DNA from: Naegleria gruberi
Lineage: Eukaryota
DNA: 64,000 nt
Direction: 5' to 3' (one strand)
Assembly (NCBI GenBank): GCA_000004985.1
Contig: GG738846.1
Below the pieces are notes generated by a model. It searched no databases and was not told the origin of the DNA. It saw only the letters and a program-made list of their open reading frames with translations. Every line of letters starts with the position of its first letter. Positions within the stretch are counted from its first letter, which is position 1. Shown here piece after piece: positions 22,408-33,540 of this stretch. A program made the translations under genes and the position numbers.

Positions 22408-22944
22408 ATGGTCTCATCAACCTCTCATCAACATGAACAAGAATTCAATCAATATTTAAAATATAAGGAAATGATGATTCTTCGGGATACTAAATGTTTA
22501 CACACTGATATAACAATCGATGAATTTTTAACTGCTCATCATGAATTCAATAACTCATCATCACTAATTGAAAACAAAAATTTCATATTCAAACAAGCGA
22601 ATTATGTAAAATACTTGCTCTATCATACAAATAATGGATTTGAATTAACAGAGAAGGAAATTAAATCAAAATTATTACAATTTACAGAAAATGAATTAAA
22701 AGCTGAAATACATCCGAAAGATCTATTCATAAAATCATCACCCTATCACAACTTGTACAAGTACTACTTTATCGGAAATTTAAATTCGCCCAACACAGAT
22801 ATTGACTGTGCAATGGACCAATTCCATTCTCTCAATAGATTCTTTCTTACTTGTTTGCTATTTACTACACCTCTCATTATTAAAAATTACGGAATGACAA
22901 GAGTTTTGAATACTATTGTGAGGAGATTTAATATTAAATTTTAA
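22408..22944 (+). CDS. Hypothetical small protein of 178 aa.
   Basis: An ORF with an ATG in an A-rich context, sitting in a gene-sized gap between Nop14 and the next gene. No homology recognised. Confidence 0.35.
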   Translation: MVSSTSHQHEQEFNQYLKYKEMMILRDTKCLHTDITIDEFLTAHHEFNNSSSLIENKNFIFKQANYVKYLLYHTNNGFELTEKEIKSKLLQFTENELKAEIHPKDLFIKSSPYHNLYKYYFIGNLNSPNTDIDCAMDQFHSLNRFFLTCLLFTTPLIIKNYGMTRVLNTIVRRFNIKF

Positions 22945-23093
22945 TGTAATTTGTTCATCACTAACAATCATTTCACTAATTTGATGATTTTATATTTCTT
23001 CTCGAATCATATCTAACAATAATTATTGAATGAGAGAAAATTAACTTTGGGTATGACTTGCAAATATTCAGCAACAATTTTGAAATTTCGGGT

Positions 23094-24614
23094 ATGAAAA
23101 AAATGTTTACCCCAAAAAACATCAAACATTTTGTTTCCACCACTGGTGTTGCCACTTTATCAAGAAGACCATGTTTTGTTGCTCTCAGTAACCATACAAC
23201 AACTCTCTTTAATATAAACAATAATTCATCTTGTTTTGTTAGAGAATTTTCAACCAATTCTAGTGGCAATTACCAACAAGAAGAAGGAAACAATAAGAAT
23301 TTTTACAATAGTAAAACTCTTGCTCTCGGACTTGTTGGAGGTTTGCTTTCCTCTATTGCTGCCTATTATTATTTCGATAATAATAGAAATAATGTAGATG
23401 ATAATTTACACACTCTCCTTGCTCAAGCATTATCTGCTCAAGAAAATTCAACCTTCGAAGAACAAGAAAGAACCAAAAAGAATGTTAATGCATTGCTACA
23501 ACATAATACTCCAATTTATAGAGTTGTTTTGACAGGAGGACCTTGTGCTGGTAAATCGAGTGCCATGACCAAGTTGAGAGAAAGATTACAAAATTTGGGA
23601 TTTCAAGTTTTTATTATTCCAGAAGCAGCTACCTTGTTAATGACTGGTGGTGCCAAAGTTACTGATAATTCTTCTGTTGAAGATGTTTTAGCTTTTGAAT
23701 CTTCTTTAATTAAAACTCAAATGGCTATTGAGGATAATTTCCAAGAAATTGCAAGAGTAAGCAAAAAACCGACTATTTTACTTTGTGATAGAGGTACTTT
23801 GGATCCAAAGGCTTACATGGCTGATGATTTATGGCAAGCATTGATGGATATGAATGGTTGGTCAATTCCAATGCTTCGTGATAAGAGATATGATTGTGTA
23901 ATCCATCTTGTTACAACTGCAATTGGTGCTGAAAAATTCTACACTTTGGAAAATAATACTGTCAGAACTGAAACTATTGAACAAGCAAGAGAGTTGGATC
24001 ATAGGCTCAGAGCTTCATACATTGGCCATTCTCAATTGTATATTGTTGATAATGCTGTGAATAGTTTTGATGAAAAATTGCAAAAAGTGTATAATATTCT
24101 TTCTCATCAAATTGGTATTCCAAGAGCTAAATCATCTAGAAGAAGATTCTTGTTAAAACCAATGGAAAAGGTAGACATGAATTTGAGACATGAAGTTATT
24201 GATTTGGAACAAATCTTTATTCCAACAGGAAACGAAAAGGACGTAACAAGAATTGTAAAACGTGGTCAAAATGGCGTCTTTACTTATTCCTATCATTCCA
24301 CTCAAACTATTGAAGATGGTTTGGAAAAGATTGAAGCTCGTCCAATCTCTGCCAGAACATACGTAAATCTTTCTTCTCAAGCTGACAAGTCTAGAATGCC
24401 AATTCTTAAAAAGATTTACAGTTTTGTTTATATGAATCACTACTTTGAACTTAATCACTACCTCAATGGCAAGGGTAAGGGTACCACTATTCTTACAGTG
24501 GAAGCAGTTGCAGGACAAGAAGTTTCTATTCCTCCATTTTTGGAACCATACATTTTGGAAGAAGTTACTGATAACAACAAGCTCTCTTCTTATGAATATG
24601 CTCTTAAGAATTAA
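23094..24614 (+). CDS. P-loop NTPase of the AAA_28 / NadR-like (TTD14-like) family, with a predicted N-terminal mitochondrial-type presequence.
   Basis: It has a Walker A motif VVLTGGPCAGKSS followed by ...IIPEAATLL... and a DRGTLD motif, typical of AAA_28 family kinases/NTPases. The first ATG is at 23094; the ORF-track start at 23058 is a TTG. Confidence 0.55.
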   Translation: MKKMFTPKNIKHFVSTTGVATLSRRPCFVALSNHTTTLFNINNNSSCFVREFSTNSSGNYQQEEGNNKNFYNSKTLALGLVGGLLSSIAAYYYFDNNRNNVDDNLHTLLAQALSAQENSTFEEQERTKKNVNALLQHNTPIYRVVLTGGPCAGKSSAMTKLRERLQNLGFQVFIIPEAATLLMTGGAKVTDNSSVEDVLAFESSLIKTQMAIEDNFQEIARVSKKPTILLCDRGTLDPKAYMADDLWQALMDMNGWSIPMLRDKRYDCVIHLVTTAIGAEKFYTLENNTVRTETIEQARELDHRLRASYIGHSQLYIVDNAVNSFDEKLQKVYNILSHQIGIPRAKSSRRRFLLKPMEKVDMNLRHEVIDLEQIFIPTGNEKDVTRIVKRGQNGVFTYSYHSTQTIEDGLEKIEARPISARTYVNLSSQADKSRMPILKKIYSFVYMNHYFELNHYLNGKGKGTTILTVEAVAGQEVSIPPFLEPYILEEVTDNNKLSSYEYALKN

Positions 24615-24837
24615 GATGATTTATTCAATAAAAACTTTAGCTTTATGAAATTAATACGTTTTTGTCAACTATTATCATTATTTAACCTTTTTAAACCGAT
24701 AATATAAATAAAACACTTTTAATGTCTGTTCTGTACTAATAGTTGTAGTGCCAAAATAGTTGACAAACATTTACTTTTTGTGTGAAATATTTTTATTAAG
24801 CTAAGCTAATATTGTATTTATGCAATAAGAAGTAGAA

Positions 24838-25776
24838 TTAAAATTGGTTCAACTTCTTAGCAGCAAATGCTGGTAAATGGAAGCTTGCTGTGTGCAACTT
24901 GTCAGTGTAATATTTCAAGCTGTCCTTAGTCTTTTCATCCAACTTGTTGTACCAAGATTCAATTCTTCTAGGAACACTTGGATCCATATCTGGATTGGTT
25001 GAACAAACCAAGAATCCCAACAAACCACCAGGATAGGTAGGAGTGGAAACATAGGCATACTTTGCTTGATCAAAAACTTGTTCCAAATCCTTCTTGAGAT
25101 TTGAAATAAAGTCCAAATGCAACCACAAAGTTTCACTTTGTTGGGAGAAAATTCCATTAGGAACAAGAGCTTCTCTACAGGTAATGAAGAAATCCTTACT
25201 GAAGAGTACTTGAGCACACTCAATAGGATCAGAACAGTCATTAATGATAACATCAAAGTAATTCTTGTGTTGTTTCAAGTAAGCAGCACCATCAGCATTA
25301 ATAACCTTAACACGTGGATCTTCTAAACCACAGGACATTGTTGGAAGGAATTTCTTGGCAGCTTCGATAACTTCCTTATCAATTTCACACAAGACAACTT
25401 CTTCAATGGATGAATGTTTGAGAACTTCTCTAACACAACCACCATCACCACCTAAATTGTTTTAAAAAATTAGTAAAAAAATATATGAACTATTTCACAT
25501 ACCTCCGATAATACAGACACGCTTTGGTTCGTGACCAACAGTAACAAGTGGCAAGTGGCAAGCCATTTCTTGATAGGCACATTCATCTTTCTCTGTAGCT
25601 TGAATTGCTCCATCAAGAGCAAGAACGTTTCCATAACTTTCAGATTCAAAAACTAAAACATCTTGGAACTCTGACTTTTTGTGATATAAAACTTGTTTAA
25701 CTTTGAGATTTTTAGATTCGCCATCCCAAAGGCCGTTAGATTCTTCAGTAAACCATCCTTCTTTCCAAGCGTTCAT
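24838..25776 (-). CDS. SRM: Spermidine synthase. Exons 25503..25776 and 24838..25451, with a 51-nt intron 25452..25502 (GTATGT...TACTAAT...TTTAG).
   Basis: The exon join reconstitutes the SAM-binding motif ...RVCIIGG|GDGGCVREVL (the human sequence is LIIGGGDGGVLREV). The N-terminus MNAWKEGWFTEE... parallels human EGWFRETCSLW. The product is 295 aa. Confidence 0.8.
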
Positions 25777-25989
25777 TTAGATCACCAATTGAGTGAGTTG
25801 TTTTTAAAGTTTTTGTGTGTAATTAAAAAAGTGTTTTTTTTTCAATCGAGAAGAAATAGTTAGTCTAATATGTGGCTCTATTTGAACTGTTTTCGAATCA
25901 CCACACACGACAATAAAACAGCAGCAGCATCTTCTTGCGTCCACAACAAAGATTGTTCAAGTTAGTTTCACTGTTGGAGTCTGGCTAAA

Positions 25990-26060
25990 TTACTTACGGC
26001 CAATTTTACAATAATTGGTTGAATCGGTTCATTTTGTTGGCCAATGATTGGCTCGTTCTC
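25990..26060. promoter_or_regulatory. Cluster of CCAAT boxes, including a palindromic inverted pair GGCCAATGATTGGC, in the divergent intergenic region between spermidine synthase (-) and INTS11 (+).
   Basis: GGCCAAT is at about 25999. GCCAAT-G-ATTGGC (arms are exact reverse complements) is at about 26039-26052. CAATTGGCCAT is near 26190. This is motif inspection only. Confidence 0.25.
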
Positions 26061-26446
26061 TTTTCGCACAGAATCCCATTAGCCATTACAACCAGTTGAG
26101 AAGTGGTTAATTTGAAAATTCCACGATGTAAAAACAACTTTATACCGAAACCAATGAATTGTAAAGTGGGGCGAGTGAAAATATGGTACACAATTGGCCA
26201 TTTGTTTCAAATGAGTGGATATTTCCTTTCAAATTAACACGGATCCTTGTGCTCTTTGTAAAATGTATTTCTCACTTTAACGAATCTACAGTTTGTACAA
26301 TTTACAGTAAGGTGTATAAGTCCTCTATATTGGTATATTCTCTAATGTTGTTGTTATCAAAATTGAATGAATGAAATCTTAAAACCTGTTCAATCAGTTT
26401 GTTTGTTATTAAACTATAATAAAAATTAAATAAAAAGTATTAAAAA

Positions 26447-28366
26447 ATGAGTTCATCCGCATCAATACAACTGCCCAATCCTAACAGTTCCTCTCATATC
26501 AAAGTTGTTCCTCTCGGAGCTGGGCAAGATGTCGGAAGAAGTTGTGTCATTGTTACAATTGGAAGAAAAACAATCATGTTTGATTGTGGTATGCATATGG
26601 GATATAATGATGAGAGAAGATTTCCTGATTTTAAATTCATCTCAAAAAATGGACAATTCACTCAAACAATTGATTGTGTGATTATTTCTCACTTTCATCT
26701 TGATCATTGTGGTGCTTTGCCATATTTTACAGAAGTTTGTGGTTATGATGGTCCGATCTATATGACTTATCCAACTAAAGCTATTGCTCCAATCCTGTTA
26801 GAGGATTTTCGTAGAGTGATGGTAGATAGAAAAGGCGATAATTTAAATCAAGGATTTTTCTCTTCGGAAGATGTAAAAAATTGTATCAAGAAGGTTCAAC
26901 CACTCAATTTACACCAAACAATAATTCTAGATGATGAATTGGAAATTAAACCATATTATGCTGGACATGTTTTAGGAGCAGCAATGTTTTACGTCAAAGA
27001 TTTGGCAACTGGGGCTAGTGTTGTTTATACAGGCGATTATAACATGACTGCTGACAGACATTTGGGAAGTGCTACAATTGATAGATGCAGGCCTGATTTA
27101 TTAATTACAGAAACTACATATGCTACCACAATAAGAGATTCAAAAAGCAGTAGAGAACGTGATTTTTGTAAACAAGTGTATGATACCGTTGTAAATAAGA
27201 AAGGAAAAGTCTTGATTCCAGTATTTGCGTTGGGAAGAGTCCAAGAATTATGTATTCTATTAGAAACGTATTGGGAACGAAAAAATCTTGGAAAGAGTGT
27301 TCCCATTTACTTTTCTGCTGGTATGGTAGAAAAAGCCAACTATTACTATCAACTTTATATTAATTGGACAAATGAGAAAATCAAAACTACACTCTTTGAC
27401 CAAAAGCGAAATCTCTTCAATTTCAGTAATATACAATCATTTGAAAGATTTTTAATGGATAATCCTGGACCTATGGTTTTATTTGCAACTCCTGGTATGT
27501 TACATGCTGGTATGTCTTTGGAGGTTTTCAAGAAATGGGCTCCTGGTGAAAATAACAAGGTAATTTTGCCTGGTTATTGTGTTGAAGGAACTGTAGGAAA
27601 TAAGGTTTTACGTAATAAGGATTTAAAATCTTCTAAAATAGAAATTGACTCTAGGACAGTTATTGATATGAGATGTGAGGTAAAAGCCATTTCATTCAGT
27701 GCACACGCAGATGCTAAAGGTATTTTACAATTGATTAGAACTGCTCAACCAAAGAATGTCATGTTAGTACATGGAGAACGAGACAAGATGGCGTTTTTCA
27801 AAAAGAAAATTGAATCTGAATTTAAAATTCCTTGTTTTGATCCACCTAATGGAGGTACAATCAAAATCAAAACAACATCACAAGTCGCTTCAGTCAATGT
27901 GAGTCTGAACTTGTTGAAAAGGACACTCTCCTCTACACCTCTTCCACATGATACTGAAACGATGAAACAAGTAGTAGCAGAACCAAAAAAGAAGAGAATA
28001 GAAGGTATTTTAATATCAAAATCGAATGGATTTTCAAATCTGCCCGATCTCTCACTTCTTGAACCGAGCCAGGCAGCAAGAGAATTGGGACTGAGACAAC
28101 ACAAACTAAGCTTTAGTAGAAGGATATCAACCAATTTAGGATATGATGTATTAAGATCTGTACTCTCAATAATGGTTAATCAATTTGGAAAGGAATTTGT
28201 AAATTATAATCCTCCTTCCCCAATAACTTTTAAGAGTATCAAAATTTCATTCGAAGAAAGCACCCAATCTCTACATGTAAATTGGCTTCTTACTGACGAA
28301 GTGGAAGGTGAGAGAATTTGTCAATTATTAGAAAATCACCTCTCTTCTTTAAAGCTCAACCAATAA
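26447..28366 (+). CDS. INTS11: Integrator complex subunit 11 (INTS11, CPSF73-like metallo-beta-lactamase/beta-CASP endonuclease), intronless.
   Basis: The protein is near-colinear with human INTS11: VPLGAGQDVGRSC, GMHMGYNDERRFPDF, HFHLDHCGALP, TGDYNMTADRHLGSA, ITETTYATTIRDSK, PVFALGRVQELCILLE. The Q-D-V signature distinguishes it from CPSF73 (Q-E-V). Confidence 0.85.
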   Translation: MSSSASIQLPNPNSSSHIKVVPLGAGQDVGRSCVIVTIGRKTIMFDCGMHMGYNDERRFPDFKFISKNGQFTQTIDCVIISHFHLDHCGALPYFTEVCGYDGPIYMTYPTKAIAPILLEDFRRVMVDRKGDNLNQGFFSSEDVKNCIKKVQPLNLHQTIILDDELEIKPYYAGHVLGAAMFYVKDLATGASVVYTGDYNMTADRHLGSATIDRCRPDLLITETTYATTIRDSKSSRERDFCKQVYDTVVNKKGKVLIPVFALGRVQELCILLETYWERKNLGKSVPIYFSAGMVEKANYYYQLYINWTNEKIKTTLFDQKRNLFNFSNIQSFERFLMDNPGPMVLFATPGMLHAGMSLEVFKKWAPGENNKVILPGYCVEGTVGNKVLRNKDLKSSKIEIDSRTVIDMRCEVKAISFSAHADAKGILQLIRTAQPKNVMLVHGERDKMAFFKKKIESEFKIPCFDPPNGGTIKIKTTSQVASVNVSLNLLKRTLSSTPLPHDTETMKQVVAEPKKKRIEGILISKSNGFSNLPDLSLLEPSQAARELGLRQHKLSFSRRISTNLGYDVLRSVLSIMVNQFGKEFVNYNPPSPITFKSIKISFEESTQSLHVNWLLTDEVEGERICQLLENHLSSLKLNQ

Positions 28367-28457
28367 AACCATCACACCACAACAGCCACGTAATTTTTCT
28401 ACCAACAATAATTTAAAAATAATGCAATAACATCATCACCAACACAATAACATCATC

Positions 28458-30311
28458 ATGAACAAGAAAGCAAAAACAATTTTATACCTAGTGTTGGCCC
28501 TATTTGTATTCTATGTTTTGTATAATTTTTATATTTATACTTTCCTGATAGATATGGATAGGAATACACCTTCTACTAGTAATGTGATAGTAAATCCTAA
28601 ACAAGATACACCTACCGATGGTGGAAAACAAGAAATTAGACCTGTGCATAATCCAGTCATCAAGAGTGATGCAACAGGAAAGGATCAAATTTATAAAATT
28701 AGTGAATATCATCCAATTTATGAACAGTTCGTAAAGGAGGAAATACAATCGGAATATCATCCTAGCTCTTTTATAATTGCAATTGTTGCAACAAAGAGAC
28801 CATATTATTTGGAAGCTACTTTGCGTTCACTTCAACAAGTTCTTTACTATAATCCTAAGAATACTTATATTTACCAATATGGAGATGATAAAGTTATTAA
28901 TCAAATTGCAAGAAAATATGATATTTCAATGATTCATAATCAAATTTTAACTTCATATGAGGGAAGACAGTTGACTGAAGGAGCTGAACATATTTCCCTT
29001 CACTACAAATATATTATTGGTCACGTATTCGATAATCATAAGGATGTTAAGCATTTCATTATTGTTGAAGATGACATGTTATTTGCTCCAGATTTTCTCT
29101 TATATTTTGCTCAAACAGCCAAATTTCTTCATGAGGATGAGTCTATTTATGCAATTAGTGCTTATAATGACAATGGTATGAGAGGAAAAGTTAAATATGA
29201 CAATATGGTTTACAGAACTGATTTTATGATTGGTCTAGGCTGGTTAGTTTCGAGAAGAATATGGGAAAAAGAATGGAGATACAAGTGGCCAAGATCACAT
29301 TGGGACCATTTCTTACGGGCAGACAATAACAGACTAGGTAGACAAATTATTTTCCCTGAAGTTCCTAGAATCTATCACTCTGGTTACACTGGTACTCACT
29401 CTACTGTTGCTTTATATGAAAGATATTTCAGAAACCACTTGCTAAATCCAAATGGATTTTCACCATTAGGTATTGCAAGGGATCATTATCAAAATGGTGA
29501 ATATGCAATGTTCGACCTAGAAAGAACAACTACAAAATATACACTCGAATACTTGAGAAAAGAAAACTATGCAAAATTTATCAAACACTTGTTATTTGAA
29601 GATCCTAATATTGTCTACGTTAGCGATCCTGATACAATTATTAATTATCAAGGAAAAATTATTGTCATTGCATATAGTACACAGAATCCTCATGTTAATA
29701 ATGAATGGGTTTCTATTTCAGAATATTTTGAATTGTGGCACTCAACACCAATTAGAGATGAATACAATGGTGTAATGCTGTTTAGATGGTCTGATAATAT
29801 GATATTAATTGTTGGTAGTTATTCTCCTTTCTATGCAGAAACTTGTGGAAAAGCTGGTTCTCATTGTCCAGCCCCTATTTCAAAATTCCACAAGGATTCA
29901 AATTGGTCTCTGCCAAAGAAAGATAGCATAATTACTTTTGCCATTTCAAAACAAGGTCAATCCTGTTCATCTTACTGTAAGCAAGGGTTTAATATGGAAT
30001 GCTATCGTTTCTCATTTGAAGAGATGAACAGTTGTAAATTTTTGAGAAAATTTGTGGGACAGGAATGCACCGAATGTATACCAAGTTCTGGACCTGACCA
30101 ACCAGCCATTGATGTAGACAGTAAACAGTGTCTCTTTAATGGAGGTGGTAGAGGTAAATTTATTTCTACATGTGAAGCTTATCATGTCAATACTAAGAGA
30201 ATTTGTCCATGTTTTGATGAAAAAAAGACAATTATTTTGAGGGAAGAATGGGAAGATATAATCGCTCAATCCCAATACGCTGCTACACACATTGTACCAA
30301 AGATTGAGTAA
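28458..30311 (+). CDS. GT13-family N-acetylglucosaminyltransferase (GnT-I/MGAT1-like). It is a type II membrane protein with an extra C-terminal Cys-rich domain, and is intronless.
   Basis: There is an N-terminal TM helix and a catalytic core, FIIVEDDMLFAPDF...ISAYNDNG...YRTDFMIGLGWLVSRRIW...WDHFLR..., which matches the MGAT1 motifs (VVEDDLEVAPDF, SAWNDNG, YRTDFFPGLGWLL). About 170 C-terminal residues contain 18 Cys. Confidence 0.7.
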   Translation: MNKKAKTILYLVLALFVFYVLYNFYIYTFLIDMDRNTPSTSNVIVNPKQDTPTDGGKQEIRPVHNPVIKSDATGKDQIYKISEYHPIYEQFVKEEIQSEYHPSSFIIAIVATKRPYYLEATLRSLQQVLYYNPKNTYIYQYGDDKVINQIARKYDISMIHNQILTSYEGRQLTEGAEHISLHYKYIIGHVFDNHKDVKHFIIVEDDMLFAPDFLLYFAQTAKFLHEDESIYAISAYNDNGMRGKVKYDNMVYRTDFMIGLGWLVSRRIWEKEWRYKWPRSHWDHFLRADNNRLGRQIIFPEVPRIYHSGYTGTHSTVALYERYFRNHLLNPNGFSPLGIARDHYQNGEYAMFDLERTTTKYTLEYLRKENYAKFIKHLLFEDPNIVYVSDPDTIINYQGKIIVIAYSTQNPHVNNEWVSISEYFELWHSTPIRDEYNGVMLFRWSDNMILIVGSYSPFYAETCGKAGSHCPAPISKFHKDSNWSLPKKDSIITFAISKQGQSCSSYCKQGFNMECYRFSFEEMNSCKFLRKFVGQECTECIPSSGPDQPAIDVDSKQCLFNGGGRGKFISTCEAYHVNTKRICPCFDEKKTIILREEWEDIIAQSQYAATHIVPKIE

Positions 30312-30336
30312 AAGAATCCATAACATAAGGAGTTTT

Positions 30337-33300
30337 TTAATGTGTTCTATCATTATTTGGTGATAATTGATTTTGAGATTGTCTTGAAACATTTGCTCTA
30401 CTCATTGAGGTAAATTCTTCTGCAGATCCTGGTGGCTCATCTTCAAATTTGACATAAACTAACTCTTTTTTGTGCACATCATATTTCCACCTTCCAGTAA
30501 TGATGTCTTGGATCTGCTTATTCAATTGTTCAATCTTTTGTATGAGCATTACATTTTCATTGGAGAGTTTTTGTATTGATTGTGATTGATCAAATCTCAA
30601 ACTTTCACCAACCATTCTAATATCCACATTATGTGATAACAACTCTTCCACCTTTACCTCTAAACTTTTCAATTGGTTCGTTAACATGAACTCTTTCCTC
30701 TTGTAAGATATTTTCAAGTACGAGATATAGTTCAATAACTTGTCAAATTCCTCCTCAAAGCTACCACCCTTAGATGTCTTGACAGAAAGATGAGGAGTTT
30801 TTGGAGTTTCTTCGAGAATTGTGTTCAGACCTCCCAAAGTTTCTGGAAATAGTTTGTGTGTTATGATTAGGCAATCCTTTTGTTTCATTGTAAACTTTGA
30901 ATAATGATATACTGGATCAATTTCTGCTCTAACAAATAAATCTTCCAAAATTGGAATCATTTGATCATCAATTGATGTTCCAACTTTTGACATTCTTTTA
31001 ATCAACTCCCTATCAGCTTCACAAATTTTTGGAAGAGATTTTCTAGGGGGATCCACAGTTACTTTCTTTCTTTTCTTAACTGCACTTGGTAGTCTCTCGT
31101 TTGGAACAATGGTGGATAGAGAAACAGAGACTAAAAAGTCAGAGGAAGCTACCGATGAGTCACTACTTCTTGTAGAGTAAATAACTTCACTGTCCTCTTC
31201 TCTTTCTGGAAGATCTAGTTTTGGAAGTTTGATTGGAATTCTAGGAGAGACAGACATTAATCTCTCGGTTGTTTGAGTGAACTGAGATGATTGTACTGAT
31301 GTTTGTGAAGCCACAATAGGAAATGATTGTCTGATATTTCCTTGAACTGTTGGATCAGATCTTACACGTTCAAATGAAAGCCTTGGAAGGGGTTTTGGTG
31401 GAGTTTCTTTTTCGGCACTTTTTTTGTGTGTTTGAGAATTCTTTTTCTGTAAAGGTTTAGGAGTTGAATCTTCTGTATTCTTATTCTTTGTAGGAGGCGT
31501 TTCTCTCTTTTTCTCTTGTTGTTTTTTGATTCTAGTAAACTCTGGAGTTTTAGACTTTGTCTTTTTACTCTCATTCACATTACGAGGCGAGAAGACTTGT
31601 TCTAACATGTCAACAGGATTATCAATTGGTCTTTCCTTAACCACATCCCTTGCTATTTCAATAGGAGGAAGAGGGCTGGACTTGTCTTCAATAAATTCTA
31701 AAGTTTCATCAAGTGGTAATGTTTGGCTCTCCCTTGTTTCTATTTCTATGGATACATTGGGTTCATTAGATACATTTGGCTCTGTATCAGATTTGAGAGG
31801 CGCAAACTCTTCAATTTGGTCATCTATTCGTTGCTTGGATGTTGGTGGGGCTTTTCCCTCCATTCCTGCAAAGGAAAGAGGAGGTTGTATTGGAGATTGA
31901 GAGGATATCGATATGGACGAAGATGATGATAGTTTGATAGGTGTTTGAATATGTGAGTTATGTACTTGTGGTGTACGATTGGGGCTCTGCATTGGTGTTT
32001 GAATTGGTGATGACATCAATTGGTGTGATGGAGAATGAACTGGACTGTGGATTGGTGTTTGAATCGAATTTTGGAGTGGTTGAGGTGTCTGGGGCTTCTC
32101 TTCTTGCTTCGATTTCCTTAATCCCTTATGCTCAACCTTATTTGGCGTTTCTCGTTGTTGTTTCGTTATGGGTTGTTTGTCTCCAGAATCTCGCATTGCA
32201 TTCGTTTTAGATGCTTGTTTTACCAAAGGAATGGGTGAACTTTCTCTTGATACTGCCTTATTCTTTCTGATCTTTTTGTCTGAAGACACAATTTTGTGTA
32301 ATTGATGCTTGGCAACGGAATCTATTGAAGAATTTATGCTAGCAAAAGGTGATACTGAAGTATCAGTTGATAGATGAAGCTTTGTATCATCCTCAACTGA
32401 TTCTCTAACAGAGAGATGATTTTCCTTATATTCTAGTAGAGCGTCAATATCTTGTGAGGAAAGATCTGTCTGACTGAACCCCTCATATGTGTAAGCTCCA
32501 ACCATGACACTCTTATCTTGGTATTGTGCGTGTAGCTTTTTTTGTAAAACACTTTGATCAATGAAAATATATGTTTCATCAGCCTGAACTTCTGCATCAG
32601 CAGTGACAGCATCTAATTTACTGCTTGATAAAATTGCAGCCTTGATTACCTTGAGCTTACTGGGTAGGTCAAACACGGAAAGTCTGTCAATTCTCTTAAA
32701 TGCTTTATCACATTCCTCTTTCAACAATGTATTTGTGGTTGTTAGAGATAGTTTTTTACATAAATCCATCAATGAAGTAGCATTTCCAAACATTAATTCC
32801 ATGTGAGGTTTAAACTCCTTTTGAATATAATTTTCCATAAAGGTTTCCAATTTCTTCTTGTAGGCATGCATTTCTTGTCTCATCTTGTATTCTTGTTTAT
32901 CCAATTCATTTCTAACCTTTATCTCTGTTGCAGCATACTCTCTAGCTTTAAGTTCTTCACTTTTGTTATGAATAAATCGGAATTGCTCGTCATGAAATTT
33001 TCTTATTTGTTCAATTTGTTCTTCAAACTTTCTCTTATTTTCTCTGTCTTGTTCTTGATGAGCAGCAACAAGATCTTCCATTTCTTTTTTCAGAATACCA
33101 ATATAATCCTTAGTGTCTTGTGTGAGAATACTATCCCAATCAGCAACTGTTTGACTAGAAGAAGATATTAATCTCACATCTCCCTTATATGAGTCTGCAG
33201 TTTCCCGAAGACGATCATGAAGAGTGTCAAACTCTGATATTATCTTTTCAAAATATTTATCTCTATTCTTTGAAACGTCTTGTATCCAGCTAGAATCAGA

Positions 33301-33540
33301 AGTAACTTCCTCGGGTGTTGATTTATGTTGAAGAAGTACTCTAGTATCTATGTGACTAGTTGATGCTGCCTTAATTTTACTTGCTTGCCTTCTAAGGACA
33401 AAATTACTTGATACTGTCGATGTTAATGAGTCATTTTGATTTGGGATAGTGTTTGCAACCACTTCTTCTTCCTCCTCATTTTCATCTTCAAGTAAGGCGC
33501 GAATAGATAAACTTTTCCGTGTTGATTGTAGGGATTTCAT
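30337..33540 (-). CDS. Large protein of 1067 aa with a coiled-coil region and a Ser/Pro-rich region. Function unknown.
   Basis: A single long ORF with an ATG at 33540. It has an N-terminal helical/coiled-coil region, a central S/P/T/Q-rich low-complexity region (TPIHSPVHSPSHQ...) and a C-terminal coiled-coil. Confidence 0.5.
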   Translation of the reverse strand: MKSLQSTRKSLSIRALLEDENEEEEEVVANTIPNQNDSLTSTVSSNFVLRRQASKIKAASTSHIDTRVLLQHKSTPEEVTSDSSWIQDVSKNRDKYFEKIISEFDTLHDRLRETADSYKGDVRLISSSSQTVADWDSILTQDTKDYIGILKKEMEDLVAAHQEQDRENKRKFEEQIEQIRKFHDEQFRFIHNKSEELKAREYAATEIKVRNELDKQEYKMRQEMHAYKKKLETFMENYIQKEFKPHMELMFGNATSLMDLCKKLSLTTTNTLLKEECDKAFKRIDRLSVFDLPSKLKVIKAAILSSSKLDAVTADAEVQADETYIFIDQSVLQKKLHAQYQDKSVMVGAYTYEGFSQTDLSSQDIDALLEYKENHLSVRESVEDDTKLHLSTDTSVSPFASINSSIDSVAKHQLHKIVSSDKKIRKNKAVSRESSPIPLVKQASKTNAMRDSGDKQPITKQQRETPNKVEHKGLRKSKQEEKPQTPQPLQNSIQTPIHSPVHSPSHQLMSSPIQTPMQSPNRTPQVHNSHIQTPIKLSSSSSISISSQSPIQPPLSFAGMEGKAPPTSKQRIDDQIEEFAPLKSDTEPNVSNEPNVSIEIETRESQTLPLDETLEFIEDKSSPLPPIEIARDVVKERPIDNPVDMLEQVFSPRNVNESKKTKSKTPEFTRIKKQQEKKRETPPTKNKNTEDSTPKPLQKKNSQTHKKSAEKETPPKPLPRLSFERVRSDPTVQGNIRQSFPIVASQTSVQSSQFTQTTERLMSVSPRIPIKLPKLDLPEREEDSEVIYSTRSSDSSVASSDFLVSVSLSTIVPNERLPSAVKKRKKVTVDPPRKSLPKICEADRELIKRMSKVGTSIDDQMIPILEDLFVRAEIDPVYHYSKFTMKQKDCLIITHKLFPETLGGLNTILEETPKTPHLSVKTSKGGSFEEEFDKLLNYISYLKISYKRKEFMLTNQLKSLEVKVEELLSHNVDIRMVGESLRFDQSQSIQKLSNENVMLIQKIEQLNKQIQDIITGRWKYDVHKKELVYVKFEDEPPGSAEEFTSMSRANVSRQSQNQLSPNNDRTH

